From: Escherichia coli
Lineage (GTDB): Bacteria > Pseudomonadota > Gammaproteobacteria > Enterobacterales > Enterobacteriaceae
Length of the DNA stretch: 64,000 nucleotides
Direction: 5' to 3' (one strand)
NCBI RefSeq assembly: GCF_003790525.1
Contig: NZ_CP033635.1
A program made the position numbers and the translations under genes. The first letter of the stretch is position 1, and every line of letters starts with the position of its first letter. Shown in pieces: positions 57,151-64,000 of the stretch. The notes beneath the pieces are model-generated. The model searched no databases. It was given only the letters and a program-made list of their open reading frames with translations, and was not told the DNA's origin.

Positions 57151-58146
57151 TTACTCAGAAACAAACGTTATGTCGTCTTTTTTGGCATGGACGAATTCAT
57201 ACTGCAGAGTTCGATCCAGACCTTGCGACAGCGTATACGGTGCAACAAAACCTGACGAATGCACTTTCGTTGCGTCAAACTGTGTAGTTGCGCAGAACTT
57301 TTTCACGCGCACAGAGCTGACAGCGTATTTTTTGCCCATAATTTTGCTCAGGATATCAAAGCAATATCCACCCAGCATTCCTAGTGGGTAAGGCAAGTGC
57401 ATAGAAGGGATCTTTTTGTTCAGACTTTGTTCAACTTCAGCAACCAACTGGTTCATGTTCAGGTCTGGCTTATCAACGTAGTTATAAACCTCATAACCTG
57501 CGGCAACATTCTTCAGTTTGTACTTGATAAACTCAACAATGTTTCCAACATAAGCCATGGACTTATAGTTAGTCCCTGCGCCCACCATCATAAACTTGCC
57601 GCCAGCGATCTGTTTCAGCAAGTTATAGACGTTACCGCGGTTGCGTTCACCGAAGATAACGGTAGGACGGATGATGGTTAATGAACGTTCTGTTGGTGCT
57701 TTGTTATACCATTCACGCAGCACTTCCTCTGCCTGCCACTTACTTTTGCCGTAGTGGTTGAAAGGGTCGTGTGGATGGTTTTCGTCAGGGTTATGTTTGT
57801 TCAAACCATAAACAGCAACGGAACTGGTAAAGATGATATTTTTAACGCCATTTTTTTCCATGGCCGCCAGCACATTGCGGGTACCCTGAACGTTGACATC
57901 ATAATAGAGAGAAGTAGGGCTGACGTCATCGCGGTGTTCCGCTGCCAGTAGTACAACAGTGTCAAAACCAACTAATGCCTGGTCGAGTGCCTGTTGATCG
58001 CGAACATCGCCAATCTGTGTGATTTCTGGATAAAAGTGGCTCTGCTGTTTGTCCAGGTTCTTGATATTAAAGTCAGCAATTGCCGTTTCAAGTAGTCGGG
58101 TTCCTACGAATCCGGAAGCTCCTATGAGCAAAACGTTATCGTTCAT
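57151..58146 (-). CDS. gne: UDP-N-acetylglucosamine 4-epimerase-like (Gne/GalE family)
   Basis: 331-aa SDR with GASGFVG Rossmann motif and YGKSK catalytic motif; located between galF and wcaM as gne is in several O-antigen loci. Confidence 0.7.
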   Translation of the reverse strand: MNDNVLLIGASGFVGTRLLETAIADFNIKNLDKQQSHFYPEITQIGDVRDQQALDQALVGFDTVVLLAAEHRDDVSPTSLYYDVNVQGTRNVLAAMEKNGVKNIIFTSSVAVYGLNKHNPDENHPHDPFNHYGKSKWQAEEVLREWYNKAPTERSLTIIRPTVIFGERNRGNVYNLLKQIAGGKFMMVGAGTNYKSMAYVGNIVEFIKYKLKNVAAGYEVYNYVDKPDLNMNQLVAEVEQSLNKKIPSMHLPYPLGMLGGYCFDILSKIMGKKYAVSSVRVKKFCATTQFDATKVHSSGFVAPYTLSQGLDRTLQYEFVHAKKDDITFVSE

Positions 58147-58303
58147 AAATCACTTTAGTCTGGTTGTTACGTAAGAAACACAAGATAAAGATGAGTACCT
58201 TCCCTGAGTAGTCAATGCTGCCCAGCCCCAGCTTTAACAGTTAGTGTGAGGATTATAATCTTTTAGAACATTATATCCAGTAAGTTTATGAATGGTCGCA
58301 AAT

Positions 58304-59698
58304 CTACTCCCTCCGTTCCGGCAATCTAAAGTTAATCTTTTCCACATTAACAATATGGTGATTAATCCTGTCGATATCGACGGAGCTTTGCCCTTTTTCA
58401 TTCACCGCATGAACATTTGCAAGAGACAGTAGTGTTTCTTTTTTCGCCATAAAGACGCCGCGAACGTCTTTGCGCATGTCAAAGTTCATGCTCAATGCGG
58501 GTCCAACTGAGGATTCCTGCATCACATTGATATTACGCATAAAAAGATGTTGCGGTTTGTTGTGTAACTCCAGCGACGCACGCTTCATCTCAATGTTAGT
58601 CAGCGCCACAAAGGAGACAGCATTCCCGGCGGAGATTTGAATGCCGCGCAATTTATAAGCAAGATGAGTATTATCCAGTTGAATATTATTCACCCGGAAA
58701 TTCTGCGGTATCGAGAGATATTTGCCTTTAATTACCCCATAGCCGATTAACATCCCGGCACTATTAATCATTTCAATATTATCAATCACAAAGTTGTCAC
58801 AACCATAAATAGCAACTGTGGCGTTATCAATACCTGCTTTCTTACTGAAATCCGGCGTGATATTACGGGCTTTGATATTACGAATAACAAAATGTTTACC
58901 ATTTTCAACATGGATCAGTTGCCGACAATCCGATCCCGTGATATTCGCCACGACAAAGTTTTTCACTGCCTGGTCTTCCGGGTAGTTGTTATCATAAGTG
59001 CTTCCCGCAAGACCTATGCCAATGCCCCAGTTGATTTTGCCGTTAGTACAGTTGATGCGCTCGATGACATGGTCAGATATCAAAATATCACGGTCGTTAA
59101 TCGCCACGTTCCATTCAATAGCGTCGCCCTGTAAGTCACTGAACTTACAGTTGGTGATGTTGGCACCGATAATCTGATTATGAAATCCCTGGCGTAAGAT
59201 GGCGTAATTAGCGTGGCTGACAGTGAGGTTATCGATGGTCAGGTTGCGCATGACCCGTTTGTTTTTGCCGCCGATATAAATCTGCGTTACCGGACCAAAG
59301 CCGCTCATCGCCAGCCCTTTGATGGTGCAGTCAGAGCCGCGCACATCCAGGGTGATGTTATGCATACTGCCGCCCTCCTCCCCTGTCACCTGGCTGCCGT
59401 CCTGTAAGACAAATCGCCCTCTGCCGTTGCCGCGCAAGCTTCCAAGAATGTGTAACGTTTTACCGGGAGGGATAAAGATGCCGGTGTTGATATTGTCACA
59501 AACCAATCCGCCAGGCACGACAACCGTTTGCCCTTCGCTGAAGGCTTGTTTAAATGAGGCGATCCAGTCGTGAGGGTTGTAGTCGTTAATGTTTACGCTT
59601 TGTCGGGCGGATAGTGCGCGAGCGAAAGGGGTATGAAGGAAGGCAAGCGCGGAGCTTGCCGTCAGGAAGGTGCGTCGGGAGAGTGTTTTAAATGGCAT
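58304..59698 (-). CDS. wcaM: Colanic acid biosynthesis protein WcaM
   Basis: 464 aa with Tat-like signal [21 protein letters not shown]. Confidence 0.9.
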   Translation of the reverse strand: MPFKTLSRRTFLTASSALAFLHTPFARALSARQSVNINDYNPHDWIASFKQAFSEGQTVVVPGGLVCDNINTGIFIPPGKTLHILGSLRGNGRGRFVLQDGSQVTGEEGGSMHNITLDVRGSDCTIKGLAMSGFGPVTQIYIGGKNKRVMRNLTIDNLTVSHANYAILRQGFHNQIIGANITNCKFSDLQGDAIEWNVAINDRDILISDHVIERINCTNGKINWGIGIGLAGSTYDNNYPEDQAVKNFVVANITGSDCRQLIHVENGKHFVIRNIKARNITPDFSKKAGIDNATVAIYGCDNFVIDNIEMINSAGMLIGYGVIKGKYLSIPQNFRVNNIQLDNTHLAYKLRGIQISAGNAVSFVALTNIEMKRASLELHNKPQHLFMRNINVMQESSVGPALSMNFDMRKDVRGVFMAKKETLLSLANVHAVNEKGQSSVDIDRINHHIVNVEKINFRLPERRE

Positions 59699-59708
59699 AC
59701 GTTCTCCT

Positions 59709-60929
59709 CTATAAAGCCTGCAGCAAGCTGGCGAGTTCTCGATTGATCACCTGCTGGTTAAAATCGTGTTCGACTTTTTCGCGAGCACGTTTGACGACAG
59801 GAGCCAGTTCGTCGGTGTCCAGTTGGCTAAACGCCGCCAGTCGTTGCGCCAGTGCGCGAGCATCGTTCTCAGGCACCAACCAGCCGGATTTATCGGCCTC
59901 CACCAGTTCAGGAATTCCGCTATGCAGAGTAGAAACCACCGGAATGCCGACCGCCATCGCTTCCATTAGCGCCACCGGGATGCCTTCCATATCGCCGTCC
60001 GCACCCGTTACCGAAGGCAACAGGAAGACATCCGCGTCGTCGAGCATCGCCTTCACTTCGTGGCTTGGTTTAAAGCCCGGCATCTCCACCACATCTTCCA
60101 GTTGATATTGTTCGATGAGGGTGCGCAGGCGTCGTTCCCACGGGCCAATGCCGAGGATGCGATAGCGAAATGCCACGCCCTGCTCTTTCAACTGAAGGCA
60201 GGCTTCGATCGCCACATGCAGGCCTTTTTTCTCGGTTAAGCGTGCGACGGAAATGATTTCCAGCGGCGTTGCGGGCGCTTTCACCGGACGCGGGCTAAAA
60301 CGCGTCATGTCCACGCCCATGCGCGATACGGCGATTTTTTCCCTCGGGCAGCCCATTTTTTGCAGCCTTCCGGCCCACAGATTGCTTATTGGTAACATCA
60401 GGTCGCCACGGCGAAACAGTTGTTGATATTCGGGAGTGTAGTGGTTGAGCACTTCCCGACTGGAGATATCAATACCGTGGAAGATAGTGGCAATTTTGCC
60501 GCGAATGACACCCAGTTCGCGTAGTTTTGCCGCGGTTACCCCAGCAGGGCCAAAATGAGCGATAAACACATCGGCATGAAACGGTGTTGCGACCTGGCCG
60601 CAAATGGCAGACAAAATCAGGTTCCGCGACTCGGCACCATAGCGTTTGAGGTTAAGCGCCTGCCAGGTATTTTTACGATGAATGCCGCGTAAGGTCTGAC
60701 TGGCTCGGTGGCGCAGTTTCGCCACTTTGCCCGTAGGTTCGTCCTGTAACCAGCGGGTTCTGGCGGCAAGGTTGTATTTCGTCCATGCCGCGTGGGTGTT
60801 CTGGGTGTCGCCTTTTTGCAGCGCGAGAATCTCCACCTCAAATCCCATATCAATAAACGCGGTAATTTGGTTAAGGACGAAGGTTTCTGAAGACAGCGGG
60901 AATTTCAGTAAAAAGAAGCCAACCTTCAT
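59709..60929 (-). CDS. wcaL: Colanic acid glycosyltransferase WcaL
   Basis: 406-aa GT1-family protein in conserved position. Confidence 0.9.
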   Translation of the reverse strand: MKVGFFLLKFPLSSETFVLNQITAFIDMGFEVEILALQKGDTQNTHAAWTKYNLAARTRWLQDEPTGKVAKLRHRASQTLRGIHRKNTWQALNLKRYGAESRNLILSAICGQVATPFHADVFIAHFGPAGVTAAKLRELGVIRGKIATIFHGIDISSREVLNHYTPEYQQLFRRGDLMLPISNLWAGRLQKMGCPREKIAVSRMGVDMTRFSPRPVKAPATPLEIISVARLTEKKGLHVAIEACLQLKEQGVAFRYRILGIGPWERRLRTLIEQYQLEDVVEMPGFKPSHEVKAMLDDADVFLLPSVTGADGDMEGIPVALMEAMAVGIPVVSTLHSGIPELVEADKSGWLVPENDARALAQRLAAFSQLDTDELAPVVKRAREKVEHDFNQQVINRELASLLQAL

Positions 60930-62206
60930 TTCACTTCCCCGATGCGTTCAAGCACAGATTGCACCATCTGCATTCCTGTCTGACGCTCACGACTGACGGC
61001 TTCGTTAAGTCGTGTATTCAGCGCAGGAAGCTGGCCTAAGGTATCCGCAACCATCGCTTGCAGGCTGCCGTCTAATAAATGACGGATATCAATTGCCATC
61101 TCTGGTAGCCCCAGTTGTTGCATAATCCCGGCGGATTTATGTTCATAGTTGATGGCAATCGCTGGAGTGGCAAAGTTCATCGAGATAATGGCAGAGTGCA
61201 AGCGCGTACCGACGGTGAGTTCACAGGCCGCCAGAATTTTGCCCATTTCCAGATCATTGAGTTCATCCATCACTACGTGGTAACGGGCAGGATCGCTGAT
61301 GTGCTGGCGCAGGTTGAGCGCCACCATGCGGTCGTCTTTGTTATAGCTGTCGATACCCGTACAGGTGGAGAGCGCAATCACCTGATACCCTTCATCGAGA
61401 ATGCGATTGACCACCCCGGCAAAGGCTTTTTCATACGCTTGCTGAGTGGTGCCGAGACGTTTGTCGAACGGTGCCAGTTCGCGTAGGGTAATTGCTACCG
61501 TTTTCTGTTGTGCGGCAACGTCCAGCCAGTGTTGAACGGCATAGCTGGCGGTGAAGTCTTCTGTGTGGTGATCGACCAGCCACGCGGTATCGACGCCATG
61601 TTCCACTTTTGCAGTGGTGATATTGCTGCGTTTCATTAGATCGAGGCTAACCGACTCGCGCAGGATCAGCGCGTCACAGTGACCAAAAACGTAGTTCGCC
61701 AGTTGGTTAAATTGCTCATCCTGGAACGGGCCGACGCTGTGACCAATCATAAACAGCGGCTTTTTCGCCATAAATGTGCAAAGCGCATGTTCAAACTGCG
61801 GCACACCGTAGAGATCGACAAAAAACGATCCGCCGACCTGAATAATGGCGTCGTAACCTGACAGCAGGCGCACGAAGTCGGTGAATCCCTGGGCGATGGC
61901 GATATTACGCAGCTTGCCAGTGTCGGTGACGCGTGAGAGCAATACCTGATGCTGGTAGCGGCGACGGAGGACTTTTTTAACGCGCCCGACAACGCCCGCC
62001 GCGCTGTTGTGTTGTTTCATTTGCAGGAACAGCGGATCGCCCATTACCGGGCGGTTGAGCAGCCAGGAAGAACTGACCGGATAGCGACTCATCACGTCCA
62101 CTTCGGCGTGTGGATTGAGGATGTTGATGGCATCAAGTAAGCCGCGCAAGATGGCGCTGTCGCCGCGGTTGCCGCAAGTGTGGTTGCCCAGAATAAGTAA
62201 TTTCAT
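60926..62206 (-). CDS. wcaK: Colanic acid pyruvyltransferase WcaK
   Basis: 426 aa MKLLILGNHTCGNRGDSAIL...; overlaps wcaL by 4 bp. Confidence 0.9.
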   Translation of the reverse strand: MKLLILGNHTCGNRGDSAILRGLLDAINILNPHAEVDVMSRYPVSSSWLLNRPVMGDPLFLQMKQHNSAAGVVGRVKKVLRRRYQHQVLLSRVTDTGKLRNIAIAQGFTDFVRLLSGYDAIIQVGGSFFVDLYGVPQFEHALCTFMAKKPLFMIGHSVGPFQDEQFNQLANYVFGHCDALILRESVSLDLMKRSNITTAKVEHGVDTAWLVDHHTEDFTASYAVQHWLDVAAQQKTVAITLRELAPFDKRLGTTQQAYEKAFAGVVNRILDEGYQVIALSTCTGIDSYNKDDRMVALNLRQHISDPARYHVVMDELNDLEMGKILAACELTVGTRLHSAIISMNFATPAIAINYEHKSAGIMQQLGLPEMAIDIRHLLDGSLQAMVADTLGQLPALNTRLNEAVSRERQTGMQMVQSVLERIGEVK

Positions 62207-62298
62207 TATGACCTCAAAAGGAGTTCTAAATTGCGTCGGTGCTATAGTTGATGATTAAGAGTTAAACCGGTGACATATTCAAAGCTGTGCTCGATCAG

Positions 62299-62336
62299 TC
62301 CCCTCGCCCCCTGGGGAGAGGGTTAGGGTGAGGGGG
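62299..62336. repeat. GC-rich imperfect palindromic intergenic repeat
   Basis: cccctcgccccctggggagagggttagggtgaggggg between wcaK and wzxC; repeat family not assigned. Confidence 0.3.
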
Positions 62337-62367
62337 AAAATGCGCACGACCTTACGGGGATAGCCAT

Positions 62368-63846
62368 TCACCCCGCCCGTAAAAGCATTTTCATTTTTTC
62401 GCTGCGACAAAACTGACGCTTCACTTCCACCACAAGCGGATGGCGCGACAGCACAATCATCACCACAAACGCCAGCACACCCGTGGCTATTTGCACCGCC
62501 AGCAGCATCCCCAGCGCCAGTTGCCCTTTCAGCACAATGCCCAGCGCATAACTGTCCACCAGCGTCGGCAGCGAGAGATAAAACGGCAGCCACAAACTCA
62601 GGATGTACTGGCGATAACTGGAACCGAGCACCGGTTTAATCATCACGAAATAGCTCAGAATGGTGTTGATAATCTGCACCAGCAGGAAGCCAAGCGTGAC
62701 GCCGATTGCGCCCGCCATCTGCCCACCAATAACAATCGCCGGAATAAACAGAAATGTTTTGAATACGTTGAATTTAAAGCTGATGTCCACCCGTGCTTTC
62801 GCCATCAGCAGCGAACCAATCGGGTTACCCACGGAGCGCAGTAGCCCCACCACACACAGCAATTGCAGCACCGGAATAATGCTGTTCCACTTCTCACCAA
62901 AGACCAGCGGTACAAAGTTATTCGACACCACCATCAGCCCCAGCAGCGCCGGAAAGTTGATAATCCCCACTACCGACAGCAGCTTGTAGAAGTTAACGCG
63001 CAGCTTTTCGGTGTCGTCCTGAATTTTGGCAAATGCCGGAAACAACACGCGGGTGATGATTGGGTTCAGCTTCATCGGCGGCACAACGGCCACGTTGTAC
63101 GCCAGGTTGTATCCCCCTGCTACGCCCGCGCCGAGAATACGCGCCAGCACCAGCGTTGAAAGGTTGGTGTTGAGATAGTTGATGATGCTGTCCGCCGTCA
63201 GCCAGGCACCAAAGCGTAAGTTCGGTGCCACCGACGCCAGCGAGAAATGCAGACCGGGGCGATAAATTTTGCGGCCAAAGTAGCCAAACAGCAGCGTTCT
63301 CACCGCACTATTGACCAGATAACCGAGGATCGCGGTCATCGCCAGCGGCCAGAAATGGGCGCTAACCACCGTAAAAGTAAAGCCCGCCAGCACCGCGCTG
63401 GTTTCGATCATGCCGATTTTGTTGAACTCCAGCTCTTTTTGCATCAACGCGCGGAACTGTTGCCCGTGGGGGATCACCACAAACGCCAGCGACAATGTTT
63501 TAATCAACGGTGCCAGGTCCGGGTTATTCAGCACGTCGCCGATGAGATCACTCAACAAAAACACCGCCACACACACCACAAGCCCCAGCCCAACGTTCAG
63601 CCAGTACAGCGTGGTGAGTTCCAGGCGGCTGATTTCTTTTCGCTGAATAATGGAGTTAGCGATACCGAAGTCAGAAAGCGTATCTGCCAGCGCGATAATC
63701 ACCAGCGACACGGTAAGCAAACCGAACTGGTGGTTGTCGATAATCCGCGCCAGCACGGTCATCTGCACCAGCCCGAGGCCGATGATGATCACCGTGGCAA
63801 TCGCCGACCACTTCGCGCCGCTGATGGTTTTTTCACGTAAGCTCAT
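62368..63846 (-). CDS. wzxC: Colanic acid flippase WzxC
   Basis: 492-aa polytopic membrane protein MSLREKTISGAKWSAIATVIIIGLGLVQ. Confidence 0.9.
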   Translation of the reverse strand: MSLREKTISGAKWSAIATVIIIGLGLVQMTVLARIIDNHQFGLLTVSLVIIALADTLSDFGIANSIIQRKEISRLELTTLYWLNVGLGLVVCVAVFLLSDLIGDVLNNPDLAPLIKTLSLAFVVIPHGQQFRALMQKELEFNKIGMIETSAVLAGFTFTVVSAHFWPLAMTAILGYLVNSAVRTLLFGYFGRKIYRPGLHFSLASVAPNLRFGAWLTADSIINYLNTNLSTLVLARILGAGVAGGYNLAYNVAVVPPMKLNPIITRVLFPAFAKIQDDTEKLRVNFYKLLSVVGIINFPALLGLMVVSNNFVPLVFGEKWNSIIPVLQLLCVVGLLRSVGNPIGSLLMAKARVDISFKFNVFKTFLFIPAIVIGGQMAGAIGVTLGFLLVQIINTILSYFVMIKPVLGSSYRQYILSLWLPFYLSLPTLVDSYALGIVLKGQLALGMLLAVQIATGVLAFVVMIVLSRHPLVVEVKRQFCRSEKMKMLLRAG

Positions 63847-63847
63847 A

Positions 63848-64000
63848 TCAATATGCCGCTTTGTTAACGAAGCCTTTGAATACCGTCAGGAAAACGATTT
63901 TGATATCGAACCAGACGCTCCATTCGCGGATGTACTCAAGGTCGAACTCGACGCGTTTTTCCATTTTCTCCAGCGTGTCGGTTTCGCCGCGCCAGCCATT
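63848..64000 (-). CDS. wcaJ: Colanic acid UDP-glucose lipid carrier transferase WcaJ, 3' end only (continues beyond window)
   Basis: Minus-strand translation ...DIKIVFLTVFKGFVNKAAY-stop matches the WcaJ C-terminus; stop lies 2 bp upstream of the wzxC start. Confidence 0.7.
   Translation of the reverse strand, partial: NGWRGETDTLEKMEKRVEFDLEYIREWSVWFDIKIVFLTVFKGFVNKAAY

Noticed and set aside
63247-63840. 197-aa plus-strand ORF rich in His/Arg/Gln
   Set aside because: Antisense within wzxC; composition reflects the reverse complement of hydrophobic-codon-rich membrane protein sequence.

Overview
Escherichia coli chromosomal window. The left ~28 kb is a decayed CP4-44/CP4-57-type prophage island; the right ~36 kb is conserved backbone. 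The island holds IS debris (IS3-, IS66-, ISL3-, IS21-family remnants and one intact IS150), a small metabolic islet, an alpA-like regulator, a yeeP-family GTPase, then a cargo slot followed by a frameshifted DUF932 gene, ArdB/KlcA anti-restriction, RadC-like, yeeT, cbeA and a frameshifted cbtA. The backbone runs yoeF fragment, yeeX, yeeA, sbmC, dacD, sbcB, yeeD, yeeE, plaP, yeeY, yeeZ, hisL and hisGDCBHAFI, wzzB, ugd, gnd, a Wzx/Wzy O-antigen cluster with JUMPstart/ops, galF, gne, and colanic-acid genes wcaM, wcaL, wcaK, wzxC and the 3' end of wcaJ. The main finding is in the cargo slot, where K-12 carries flu/Ag43: a translationally coupled three-gene operon (18362-22727) encoding a CrfC-like dynamin GTPase, a YjcZ-like partner and a patatin-like phospholipase. 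I do not recognise this triad as a named system and propose it as a candidate phage-defence module. Gene identities come from reading the supplied translations against remembered protein families; no database search was run.
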